From the NCBI GenBank assembly GCA_964649335.1, contig CAZYPI010000005.1, forward strand, positions 1 through 37,403: a stretch of DNA of 37,403 bases, written 5' to 3'. The translations under genes were made by a program, and so were the position numbers. Positions 24,943-33,612 of the stretch are shown one piece after another; the first letter of the stretch is position 1; each line of letters opens with the position of its first letter. The notes under the pieces are model-generated. The model did not search any database and was not told the origin of the DNA. It saw only the letters and a list, made by a program, of their open reading frames with translations. Origin of the DNA: an uncultured Rikenellaceae bacterium (GTDB taxonomy: Bacteria; Bacteroidota; Bacteroidia; Bacteroidales; VadinHA17).

Positions 24943-27087
24943 ATGAAAATAACTATGCAGATAAAAAAGGCTTTTTTTACTTTCCTGTTTTTAGGCGGAG
25001 TTATTTTGATGACGGTTTCCTGCTCCTCCGGCCGCTTACACTACCCCGAAGCACGGAAAACAGACCAGACGGATGACTATTTCGGGGTCAAGGTCCCGGA
25101 TCCGTACCGCTGGCTGGAAAACGACACCTCCAAAGAAACAGAGGCCTGGGTGCGGGAAGAAAACAAAGTAACTTTCGGATATCTGGAGAAGATCCCCTAC
25201 AGGGACAAAATTAAGAAACGCCTGGAAGAGCTGTGGAACTATCCCAAAATGTCCTCTCCCTGGAAAGAAGGAGGTTATTATTTCTATGCCAAAAATGACG
25301 GGTTGCAGAACCAGAGCGTTTACTATATTCTGAAAGAGCCGGACGGCGAACCCCGCGTGATCCTCGACCCCAACAAATTATCTGCCGACGGCACCGTGGC
25401 ACTGCGTAATTTTTCAGTCTCTCCGGACGGAAAGTACCTGGGCTACGGCATCTCCCGCAGCGGCTCCGACTGGCAGGAGTTTTTCATTCGCGACATTCAA
25501 TCCGGCAAAGACCTGCCCGACCACCTGCAATGGATCAAATTCTCGGGGATTGCCTGGGCCGGCGACGGGTTTTATTACAGCCGTTATGCTCAGCCCGTCA
25601 AAGGACAGGAACTGGTGGCGGCCAACCGCAACAACAAAGTGTATTATCATAAGGCAGGAACATCCCAGGAAAAAGACCGGCTGGTTTATGAAGATCCCGG
25701 ACACCCCGACTGGAGTTTTTCTCCCGCAGTGACCGAGGATCAGCACTATCTGGTCATTTCCGTCACACGGTCGACCAGTGGCAACGCCCTGTACATTAAA
25801 AACCTCAAACAAAAAGAGGCCCCCCTGGTAAAACTGGTTGAAAACTTTGACCATGATTACTGGGTCATTGACCACTCAGGCGACAGGTTGCTGATCATGA
25901 CCAATGACGGGGCACCCAGGTACAGACTCATCGCATTGAGGGACAACGACCTGAATATGGAACACGCCATAGAGGTAATCCCGGAAAATGAAAAAGAGGT
26001 GCTGACGGGAGTAGCTCCCGGCGGAGGAAAACTGATCGCCGAATACCTGAAAGATGCCCACTCCGTCCTGAAAGTCTTTGACACGGACGGACAATTCCTC
26101 CACGAAGTGTCCCTGCCGGGGATCGGCTCGGTGGGAGGGTTCCATGCCAAAGCGGAAGAAAACCTGGCGTTTTACACCTTCACTTCTTTCACCTTCCCCT
26201 CCGTCGTGTACAAGTATGATATCGCCGGGAACCGTTCTGAAGTCTATTTCAAGCCGGATATCAACTTCGATTTTGACAATTATGTCACCGAACAGGTCTT
26301 TTATTTCAGCAAAGACAGCACCCGCATCCCTATGTTCATCGTTCACCGCAAGAACCTGAAACGGAATGGGAAAAACCCCACGCTGCTATATGGCTACGGG
26401 GGATTCAACATCAGTCTGACCCCTTCTTTCAGCATCTCCCGGCTGGTGTGGCTGGAAAACGGAGGCGTCTATGCCCTGGCCAATCTGCGGGGGGGCGGTG
26501 AGTATGGCGAAGAATGGCACCGCGCCGGCACCAGGATGCACAAACAAAATGTTTTCGACGATTTCATCTATGCTGCCAAATATCTGATCAACAACCATTA
26601 CACCTCGCCGGACTACCTGGCGATACAGGGAGGATCGAACGGGGGACTGCTGATCGGGGCGGTTGTCAACCAGGCCCCGCAACTGTTTCGCGTGGCCCTG
26701 CCCGCTGTCGGGGTGATGGACATGCTCCGGTACCATAAATTCACCATCGGCCGCTACTGGGCCTCCGATTACGGCACCAGTGAGGAGAGCAAAGAGATGT
26801 TTGAATATCTTTACCACTACTCTCCGCTGCACAACATCCGCGGGGGAAAACCCTATCCGGCCATGCTGATCACCACTGCCGACCATGACGACAGGGTGGT
26901 GCCCGCCCATAGCTTTAAATATGCGGCAACGCTGCAGGCCGCCTATAAAGGGAAAAATCCCATCCTTATACGTATCGAGACAAAAGCCGGTCACGGCGGC
27001 GGCAAACCTACGTCAAAACGCATCGAGGAAGCCGCGGATACTTATGCCTTCACATTTTATAATATGGGAATAACACCGAAATACTGA
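24943..27087 (+). CDS. Prolyl oligopeptidase (family S9A), probable lipoprotein
   Basis: DPYRWLE, YGYGGF, GGSNGG (Ser), DHDDRV (Asp) and AGHG (His); lipobox MTVSC. Confidence 0.95.
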   Translation: MKITMQIKKAFFTFLFLGGVILMTVSCSSGRLHYPEARKTDQTDDYFGVKVPDPYRWLENDTSKETEAWVREENKVTFGYLEKIPYRDKIKKRLEELWNYPKMSSPWKEGGYYFYAKNDGLQNQSVYYILKEPDGEPRVILDPNKLSADGTVALRNFSVSPDGKYLGYGISRSGSDWQEFFIRDIQSGKDLPDHLQWIKFSGIAWAGDGFYYSRYAQPVKGQELVAANRNNKVYYHKAGTSQEKDRLVYEDPGHPDWSFSPAVTEDQHYLVISVTRSTSGNALYIKNLKQKEAPLVKLVENFDHDYWVIDHSGDRLLIMTNDGAPRYRLIALRDNDLNMEHAIEVIPENEKEVLTGVAPGGGKLIAEYLKDAHSVLKVFDTDGQFLHEVSLPGIGSVGGFHAKAEENLAFYTFTSFTFPSVVYKYDIAGNRSEVYFKPDINFDFDNYVTEQVFYFSKDSTRIPMFIVHRKNLKRNGKNPTLLYGYGGFNISLTPSFSISRLVWLENGGVYALANLRGGGEYGEEWHRAGTRMHKQNVFDDFIYAAKYLINNHYTSPDYLAIQGGSNGGLLIGAVVNQAPQLFRVALPAVGVMDMLRYHKFTIGRYWASDYGTSEESKEMFEYLYHYSPLHNIRGGKPYPAMLITTADHDDRVVPAHSFKYAATLQAAYKGKNPILIRIETKAGHGGGKPTSKRIEEAADTYAFTFYNMGITPKY

Positions 27088-27154
27088 ACATCACTTATCA
27101 AAGTAAAACGAAACCGGGTATCCCTTCCGGACCTTCGTTTATCTTCATGGATGA

Positions 27155-27802
27155 ATGAAAAACAAAAACAAATACAACTATCTGGTGATCGAAGGCAATA
27201 TCGGCGCCGGCAAGACCTCCCTGGCTACCATGATCGCCCGGGATTACGGGGCCCGGCTGATCCTGGAACAGTTTGACGACAACCCTTTTCTCGCAAAGTT
27301 CTATGCCCGGCCGGAAAGATACGCTTTCCCCCTCGAGATGTCCTTCCTGGCCGAAAGATACAACCAGCTTAAACATGAGCTGGCTCATCCCGAACTGTTC
27401 ACTACCTTTACCATCGCCGATTATTATTTTTCCAAATCCCTGATCTTTGCCCAGAATAACCTCAAAAGGGATGAGTATAACCTCTATAAACAGATCTTTT
27501 CCATAATATATGAGACCCTTCCGCGTCCCGACCTTTATGTTTATCTGCATGCATCTGTTGAAAAGCTGCTGAAGAACATAGCCGAACGGGGCAGGGAATA
27601 TGAAAAACATATCAGGCCGGAATACCTGGAAAAAATTCAACAGGGGTATTTCAGGTTTATGCAACAAGAGAAAAAGATCCCTTTTCTGGTGGTGGACATC
27701 AATCGTATTGACTTTGTCAAAAACAGAGAAGATTACAACAAATTAACGACTCTGATTTTTTCCGGGGATTATCCCCGCGGGATCACCCGAAAAACGGTCT
27801 GA
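27155..27802 (+). CDS. Deoxynucleoside kinase
   Basis: P-loop IEGNIGAGKT; NPFLAKFY; lid motif RGREYE. Confidence 0.92.
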   Translation: MKNKNKYNYLVIEGNIGAGKTSLATMIARDYGARLILEQFDDNPFLAKFYARPERYAFPLEMSFLAERYNQLKHELAHPELFTTFTIADYYFSKSLIFAQNNLKRDEYNLYKQIFSIIYETLPRPDLYVYLHASVEKLLKNIAERGREYEKHIRPEYLEKIQQGYFRFMQQEKKIPFLVVDINRIDFVKNREDYNKLTTLIFSGDYPRGITRKTV

Positions 27803-27866
27803 CTTTTTCAGGCCATTCACACGGAAAACATAGTTATTCGGTGTTTTTTAATAAAAAATTACCGGA

Positions 27867-27902
27867 TTTTTTTTTTTTTTTGCAAAACTTAGTAGTTTTG
27901 TA
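27867..27902 (+). promoter_or_regulatory. Promoter of the TPR lipoprotein, with a T15 tract and an inverted repeat over the -7 box
   Basis: T15 at 27867-27881; TAGTTTTG at 27893-27900; TGCAAAACT-N4-AGTTTTGTA at 27881-27902. Confidence 0.6.
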
Positions 27903-27949
27903 ATTATATGTGAGAATTTTATTAACACGAACCAAATAACTCTTTAATT

Positions 27950-29659
27950 ATGAAAAGACTAATTTATGTATCCCTTGTGATTGTTACAGCTGTGGTTTTC
28001 TCCAGTTGTGCCGGTCTGAATAAAATGAAAAAAGAAGCCGGGAACATCAGCTACCAGGTTACGCCCAAGGTGCTTGAAGAACATGCCGGAAAAGTGAAAG
28101 TCAGCATCACGGGACAGTTCCCTGAGAAGTACTTCAACAAAAAGGCAACTGTTATCGCAACACCTGTATTGGTGTATGATGGCGGCGAGAAGGCTTACAC
28201 TCCTGTCACCCTTCAGGGAGAAAAAGTGGAAGCCAATAACAAAACCATCAGCTATACCGGTGGCAAATTTTCCTATAACGGAGAGATCGACTACTCCGAC
28301 AGCATGAGAATATCTCATCTGGTGCTCAGGGCCAAGGCTTCCATCAAAGATAAGTCTGTCGATTTTGAGCCCGTTCCACTGGCGGACGGGGTCATTGCCA
28401 CTCCCACCCTGGTTAAGAAAATGGCAAGACCCATCTATATGCCCGACCACTACCAGCGGATCGTTCCCAAAAGCGGCGAGGCCGATATCAACTTCCTCAT
28501 CAACCGGTATAATATCCGCCGCTCCGAGCTGAAATCAGAGGATGTAATCCACCTGCTCGGTTTCATCCAGGAAATGGCATCTACCCCGAACCTGAAATAT
28601 ACAGGCACGGAGATCCATGGTTATGCCTCTCCCGACGGACCTTACAAGTTCAATGACAAACTCAGTAAGAAGCGTGCCCAGGTGGTGGATAAGCATATGA
28701 AAAAATCCCTGAAGACCAATAAAATAATGTCGGGTAAGGACGTGAAATTCACCGATCAGTCCACAGCCGAAGACTGGGAAGGGTTCAAAAAACTGGTCGC
28801 CGCTTCCAATATGAAAGACAAAGATCTCATCCTGCGCGTTCTTTCCATGTACTCCGATCCGGAAGTGCGTGAAAAAGAGATCAAAAATATGGCAGAAGCT
28901 TATGATGTGCTGAAAAAAAGTATCCTGCCCGAGTTGCGCCGTTCTGTTATCCGCATCAATGCCGACCTGATCGGACTGTCCGACGAACAGATCCTGAACT
29001 ATATTGAAACCAAGCCCGACACACTGTCACTGGAAGCTATGCTTCATGCCGCAGGCCTGGTCAAGGATCTTGACAAAAAGTTGAAATATTATGAGATGGC
29101 TTTCAATAAAGAGCCCAGGTGTATCCGCGCCATCAACAACATAGGCGCTGTCTACCTGGCCATGGGTAAAGTGGATCAGGCCGAAACAGCCCTGAAAAAA
29201 GCCCAGGCCATAAAAGACATCGATCCGGTGAAAAACAATATGGGTTTCGTCGAACTCCTGAAAGGAAACCTCGACAAAGCTTCCGAATATTTCACCTCCA
29301 TGCAGACCCCCACCAAAGAGTCTAACTTCGGATTGGGGACCATCGCCATCATTAACGGGAAATATCAGGATGCCGTCAATTACTTCGGCTCCGAACCCTC
29401 CTTCAACGCAGCGCTCGCCAAACTGCTCAACGGCGATGTTCAGGGTGCCAAGAGCACGCTGGATGCCATCGACCACGAATGCAAATGGAAAGAATACCTG
29501 AAAGCCGTCGTCGGAGCCCGTCTCGGTGATGACACCCTGGTCTTCCAATCCCTGAAGAAATCGACAGGCATGGATCCCAAAATGAAAGAGTTGGCCAAAA
29601 CCGATATGGAATTTGCCAAATACTTCGAAAACGATCAATTCAAAGCGATTGTACAGTAA
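27950..29659 (+). CDS. Lipoprotein with an OmpA-like domain and C-terminal TPRs
   Basis: Lipobox FSSC; GYASPDG...NDKLSKKRA (OmpA-like); TPR patterns NNIGAVY and NNMGFVE. Confidence 0.8.
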   Translation: MKRLIYVSLVIVTAVVFSSCAGLNKMKKEAGNISYQVTPKVLEEHAGKVKVSITGQFPEKYFNKKATVIATPVLVYDGGEKAYTPVTLQGEKVEANNKTISYTGGKFSYNGEIDYSDSMRISHLVLRAKASIKDKSVDFEPVPLADGVIATPTLVKKMARPIYMPDHYQRIVPKSGEADINFLINRYNIRRSELKSEDVIHLLGFIQEMASTPNLKYTGTEIHGYASPDGPYKFNDKLSKKRAQVVDKHMKKSLKTNKIMSGKDVKFTDQSTAEDWEGFKKLVAASNMKDKDLILRVLSMYSDPEVREKEIKNMAEAYDVLKKSILPELRRSVIRINADLIGLSDEQILNYIETKPDTLSLEAMLHAAGLVKDLDKKLKYYEMAFNKEPRCIRAINNIGAVYLAMGKVDQAETALKKAQAIKDIDPVKNNMGFVELLKGNLDKASEYFTSMQTPTKESNFGLGTIAIINGKYQDAVNYFGSEPSFNAALAKLLNGDVQGAKSTLDAIDHECKWKEYLKAVVGARLGDDTLVFQSLKKSTGMDPKMKELAKTDMEFAKYFENDQFKAIVQ

Positions 29660-29676
29660 CAGAAAATATAGTTAAG

Positions 29677-29712
29677 AAAAAAGAGCGGCCGGAACGGGCC
29701 GCTCTTTTTTTT
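29677..29712. terminator. Bidirectional intrinsic terminator
   Basis: AAAAAAGAGCGGCC-GGAACG-GGCCGCTCTTTTTT between convergent genes. Confidence 0.9.
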
Positions 29713-30271
29713 ATCTCATTTCCCCCGGCTTCTTCAACTTCAGGAAAAAATCCCACAGCACAATACCCACACTCACGGATATGTTGAAAGAATGCTTGGT
29801 GCCTGCCTGCGGAATCTCAAGGCACCCGTCGCTCATGTCCACGATCTCCTGGGCTACCCCTTTTACTTCATGTCCGAAGATCAGAGCAAACCGTCCCCGC
29901 GGATCCGGCCTGAATTCCTCCAGCGAAATACTTCCCTCGGCCTGCTCCACCGACATCACGGTATAACCCTCTTCGTGAAGCTTGTGTACGGCTTCCGCAG
30001 TATGCTCAAAATACTCCCAGGGCACCGACTCGGTGGCTCCTAGAGCCGTTTTACGTATCTCCCGGTGGGGAGGGGTGGCCGTGATACCACACAGATAGAC
30101 CGCCTCGGTCAGGAAACCGTCGGCCGTGCGAAAAACAGATCCGATGTTGTTGAGGCTCCGTACATTGTCCAGCACCACCACCACCGGAAACTTGTGCGCA
30201 CGCCGGTATTCAGCAACACTCTTGCGGCCCAGCTCCTCATTCCTTAATTTCCTGAACTTATTCCTCTCCAT
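29711..30271 (-). CDS. SpoU/TrmH-family RNA methyltransferase
   Basis: LDNVRSLNNIGSVFRTAD, KTALGA, FGHEVKGV and EIPQAGTKHSFNISV (SPOUT motifs). Start set at ATG 30271. Confidence 0.92.
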   Translation of the reverse strand: MERNKFRKLRNEELGRKSVAEYRRAHKFPVVVVLDNVRSLNNIGSVFRTADGFLTEAVYLCGITATPPHREIRKTALGATESVPWEYFEHTAEAVHKLHEEGYTVMSVEQAEGSISLEEFRPDPRGRFALIFGHEVKGVAQEIVDMSDGCLEIPQAGTKHSFNISVSVGIVLWDFFLKLKKPGEMR

Positions 30272-30332
30272 AACGTAATTATTTAGCAATGCTTTTATAT
30301 TTGTTAAGATGATTATTATTTATCCTTAATTT

Positions 30333-30506
30333 TATCCCCCACCCCCCTTCCCCCTCCCCCAGGAGGGAGGGGGTTAATAATCATCTTTACATGATGTTTT
30401 CCGTTTTATTGTCTTTGACTGTTACCGGGTCTTTTCTCATGGTGGACATATCCTTATATGATACGCGAATAATAGCCCCTCTCCTGGGAGGGGTTGGGGA
30501 GGGATA
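30333..30506. repeat. Pair of long C/G-rich inverted repeats around an AT-rich core (REPIN/MITE-like)
   Basis: Left arm 30333-30376 is TATCCCCCACCCCCCTTCCCCCTCCCCCAGGAGGGAGGGGGTTA. The reverse complement of the right arm 30473-30506 is TATCCCTCCCCAACCCCTCCCAGGAGAGGGGCTA. Each arm is itself a hairpin. Confidence 0.65.
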
Positions 30507-30678
30507 CCGTAAAAAAATTATAAACCAATAGATTTATCATATGAACGTTTCGTTATTTAGAACCCAGCTAAACAGTTACTCCATAACTATATTCCCTGCC
30601 GGCAAAAATACAGATAAATCCGTCATTCTGTATTATATCCCGGTGAGAGATAAAAAAACCGACCCGTTGAAAAACATA

Positions 30679-30709
30679 TTTGATTTCTCTGTGAAAAAAA
30701 TTACTTTTG
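30679..30709 (+). promoter_or_regulatory. sucC promoter (-33/-7)
   Basis: TTTG (30679-30682), 19-nt spacer, TACTTTTG (30702-30709). Confidence 0.75.
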
Positions 30710-30736
30710 AGGTTCATTTTTAAAAGGTATATCCAA

Positions 30737-31927
30737 ATGAACATACACGAATATCAAGGAAAAAATATTCTGAAAAGTTACGGGGTAACCATTCAGGAAG
30801 GGATCGTCGCCGACACTCCTGAAAAAGCGGTGGATGCAGCCAAGGAACTCAGCAAACAAACCGGCACCAAACTGTGGGTCATCAAAGCCCAGATCCATGC
30901 CGGCGGCCGGGGCAAAGGAGGCGGCGTCAAGCTGGCCAAAAGCATTGACGAAGTCAAGGAACTGGCAAAAAAGATGATCGGCATGACCCTGGTAACCCAC
31001 CAGACAGGCCCCGAAGGAAAAGTCGTCCATAAGATCCTGGTGGCCGAAGATGTTTACTATCCCGGCGATTCCGACATCAAAGAGTTTTATATGAGTGTGT
31101 TGCTGAACCGCCAGACCGGCAGAAATGTGATCATGTACTCCACCGAAGGAGGCATGGACATCGAAACGGTGGCGGACAAAACCCCCCACCTGATCTTCCG
31201 GGAAGAGGTGGACCCCTCGGTGGGGCTGCTGGGCTTCCAGGCCCGGCGCATCGCTTTCAACCTGGGCCTGAGCGGAAAAGCTTTCAAGGAAATGGTACGT
31301 TTCGTCACAGCCCTCTATACCGCTTATGAAAAAACCGACAGCTCCCTTTTTGAGATCAATCCCGTTCTGAAAACCTCGGACGACAAGATCCTGGCCGTGG
31401 ACTGTAAGGTCAACCTGGATGACAATGCCCTGTTCCGCCACAAGGACTACCTGGAGCTCCGCGACCTGGCCGAAGAAGACCCCTCCGAGGTGGAAGCCAG
31501 CAAACACGACCTCAACTTCATCAAACTGGACGGTAATGTGGGATGCATGGTCAACGGCGCCGGACTGGCCATGGCCACCATGGACATCATCAAACTCTCC
31601 GGCGGACAACCGGCCAATTTCCTCGACGTGGGAGGCACAGCCAACGCCGAAACGGTGGAAGCCGGCTTTCGCATTATTCTGAAAGAAGAAAACGTCGAAG
31701 CCATCCTGATCAATATCTTCGGCGGCATCGTCCGTTGCGACCGCGTGGCCCAGGGCGTCGTCGATGCTTATCACTCGGTGGGAAACATCAACGTGCCTGT
31801 GATCGTCAGACTGCAGGGCACCAATGCCGAAGAAGGGAAAAAACTTATCGACGAGTCGGGATTGAAAGTCTATTCGGCCATCACCCTGCAGGAAGCTGCC
31901 GACAAGGTGAAAGAACTGGTGGGATAA
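30737..31927 (+). CDS. sucC: Succinyl-CoA ligase (ADP-forming) beta subunit
   Basis: MNIHEYQGK, KAQIHAGGRGKGGGV, EINP, NGAGLAMATMD, NFLDVGG and NIFGGIVRCD motifs. Confidence 0.97.
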   Translation: MNIHEYQGKNILKSYGVTIQEGIVADTPEKAVDAAKELSKQTGTKLWVIKAQIHAGGRGKGGGVKLAKSIDEVKELAKKMIGMTLVTHQTGPEGKVVHKILVAEDVYYPGDSDIKEFYMSVLLNRQTGRNVIMYSTEGGMDIETVADKTPHLIFREEVDPSVGLLGFQARRIAFNLGLSGKAFKEMVRFVTALYTAYEKTDSSLFEINPVLKTSDDKILAVDCKVNLDDNALFRHKDYLELRDLAEEDPSEVEASKHDLNFIKLDGNVGCMVNGAGLAMATMDIIKLSGGQPANFLDVGGTANAETVEAGFRIILKEENVEAILINIFGGIVRCDRVAQGVVDAYHSVGNINVPVIVRLQGTNAEEGKKLIDESGLKVYSAITLQEAADKVKELVG

Positions 31928-31940
31928 CCTCTCTTTACCC

Positions 31941-32438
31941 TCACTTTTTTATCACCAGGGTGCCGGCGATCATGTCATGCAGGGCCTGTTTTTTCTCGGT
32001 AAGACCGGCAAGAATATAACCGATATACAGGGTCATATTCGAGATAAACTTACTGAAATACCTCGCCGTCGCCTTGCCAAAAGAGATCCGGTTCCCTTCC
32101 AGATCCGTAACAAGGAGATTCAACGCCATCTTCCCCAGGGTAGCCTGTGTTTTGGAAGATTGCATAAACGCATAATATAACCAACCCAGCAGCAGGTTGA
32201 TCGTAACCAATAAAAAGACCATTCCCAGAATCCCTGCGATTCCAAAAAACATCATCTCATCATTCCCCGTTCTGTTTTCCAGGCCTACGGCGGATAATAC
32301 AATCCCCCCGATGAAGGGCAGCGAGACAATAAACCCCGCAAACTGCAATATTAAATAATCAATCAGATAAGCCACAAACCGGAGCCAGAATCCGGCATAA
32401 CGAAACTCCTTTTTGTTTTCTTCCGGTAAAGTTTCCAT
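31941..32438 (-). CDS. RDD family membrane protein
   Basis: YAGFWLRFVAYLID, QATLGK and KQALHDMIAGTLV motifs. Confidence 0.9.
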   Translation of the reverse strand: METLPEENKKEFRYAGFWLRFVAYLIDYLILQFAGFIVSLPFIGGIVLSAVGLENRTGNDEMMFFGIAGILGMVFLLVTINLLLGWLYYAFMQSSKTQATLGKMALNLLVTDLEGNRISFGKATARYFSKFISNMTLYIGYILAGLTEKKQALHDMIAGTLVIKK

Positions 32439-32525
32439 ATTTGTAAATATTTTTTCTTATTGACGAATATACGAAATTTTCATTACAACTGGTTTTCAAT
32501 ATTTTTTGCCCGAAATACCATTCCT

Positions 32526-33227
32526 TTGAAAAAATTTATCCTCTTCATAATCATTTCCTTTTTCCCGGGGGGTCTACTTCCGGCACAAAAATATTCCGGA
32601 CCCTCTCGTTTTTCTGCCGGTGCCGGTGGCGGGATCTTCTTATTGTTCGGTGATATCGGAAACATGGGTATAGGTTACAATGCCCACGTAACGGGAACCT
32701 GGTCCCCGAAAAACAACTGGTCATTCCGGTTGTCCGTCCTGTACGGAAAAGTGTCGGACAGCGACAAAGGCACTACCAACGCCAGCCGCAACTATGCTTA
32801 CAGTACCACGCTGTGGCAACCCTCGGTATATGCACTCTATACCTTTTTTACCGAAAAACACCGGGGATATAATAAAAAAAGAATGGTCGGCTACTGGGAC
32901 CGCTGGCGTGTGGATGTGATCGGAGGCGTGGCCCTGCCCCATGCCGGTGTCATTCCGGGAAATAATTTTGTGCCTGCCGACCCCTCACACCTGAAAGGAT
33001 TCTACGTAGCCATTCCTTTCGGCGCCGGCATACAGTACGGTATCTCCGAGAATCTTGCCCTCAGAGGAGAACTGACCCCCCAGTTCATGCTGTCGGACTA
33101 TATAGACGGCTTCTCCTCTCCCTATTCCGAAGCAAATGATTTCATTTACATGATAAACTTAACCCTGGTGTATAATTTCCCGGTAAAACACAAACAAGGC
33201 TCCGTTTACTGCCCATACGAAAAATAA
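32526..33227 (+). CDS. Outer-membrane beta-barrel protein (DUF6089/OmpA-TM-like)
   Basis: A TTG start gives the signal peptide MKKFILFIIISF...PAQ. Alternating beta-strands, IPFGAGIQY and SDYIDG motifs. The start position is uncertain. Confidence 0.7.
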   Translation: MKKFILFIIISFFPGGLLPAQKYSGPSRFSAGAGGGIFLLFGDIGNMGIGYNAHVTGTWSPKNNWSFRLSVLYGKVSDSDKGTTNASRNYAYSTTLWQPSVYALYTFFTEKHRGYNKKRMVGYWDRWRVDVIGGVALPHAGVIPGNNFVPADPSHLKGFYVAIPFGAGIQYGISENLALRGELTPQFMLSDYIDGFSSPYSEANDFIYMINLTLVYNFPVKHKQGSVYCPYEK

Positions 33228-33347
33228 TCCCTCCGGGAAAAACCCCTCTCCGGCCTCCTTTTTCCATGATCACGGCCTGTTAAAGCAATTTTATTTAGAA
33301 ACATTATAAATTTCAGGAAGAATTGCGACATTTGGTAAATTCTGTTA

Positions 33348-33355
33348 TATATTTG
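33348..33355 (+). promoter_or_regulatory. -7 promoter box of the thr operon
   Basis: TATATTTG, 17 nt upstream of the leader ATG. Confidence 0.7.
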
Positions 33356-33372
33356 CTGACAGGAAAATCATT

Positions 33373-33471
33373 ATGAATGATTATACATACATAGCATGCA
33401 TGATGACCGGCCGGGAAGGCCGAATGCGCAGCTTTACCGCTGGCACCGCTACTATGACTACAACCCCGTAA
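33373..33471 (+). CDS. thrL: Putative thr operon leader peptide (32 aa, Thr/Met-rich)
   Basis: MNDYTYIACMMTGREGRMRSFTAGTATMTTTP*: 8 Thr (6 in the last 11 codons) and 5 Met, located between the promoter and thrA. Confidence 0.7.
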   Translation: MNDYTYIACMMTGREGRMRSFTAGTATMTTTP

Positions 33472-33491
33472 GGGGTATGTAATGATTTTTT
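33459..33491 (+). terminator. Attenuator-like hairpin overlapping the end of the leader peptide
   Basis: TACA-ACCCC-GTAA-GGGGT-A-TGTA followed by ATGA and TTTTTT. The leader stop codon lies in the GNRA loop. Confidence 0.55.
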
Positions 33492-33612
33492 ATCCGGAAC
33501 ACATATATAGTTATAACTACCTGCAATATTAGCAACATATTGTTTGTTTTCTCCTGTCTGTTCTTTTTCCGGAAAAAAAGAAAGCATGAAAGCAGAAAAA
33601 ATAAAAATGACC

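Noticed and set aside
30522-30531. 10-nt complementarity (AAACCAATAG) to the glnA 3'UTR, suggesting GlnZ-like control of sucC
   Set aside because: The site lies upstream of the predicted sucC promoter, so it is probably not in the mRNA, and a short AT-rich match can arise by chance.
30454-30723. Small ORFs in the methylase-sucC spacer (30541-30723 on plus; a 28-codon ORF on minus through the right repeat arm)
   Set aside because: They are AT-rich, have no motifs, and overlap the sucC promoter or the repeat.
33356-33612. T-box, SAM or lysine riboswitch in the thr leader
   Set aside because: I could not identify a T-box consensus or SAM/lysine aptamer core by eye, and the leader peptide explains the region better. 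An Rfam scan would settle it.
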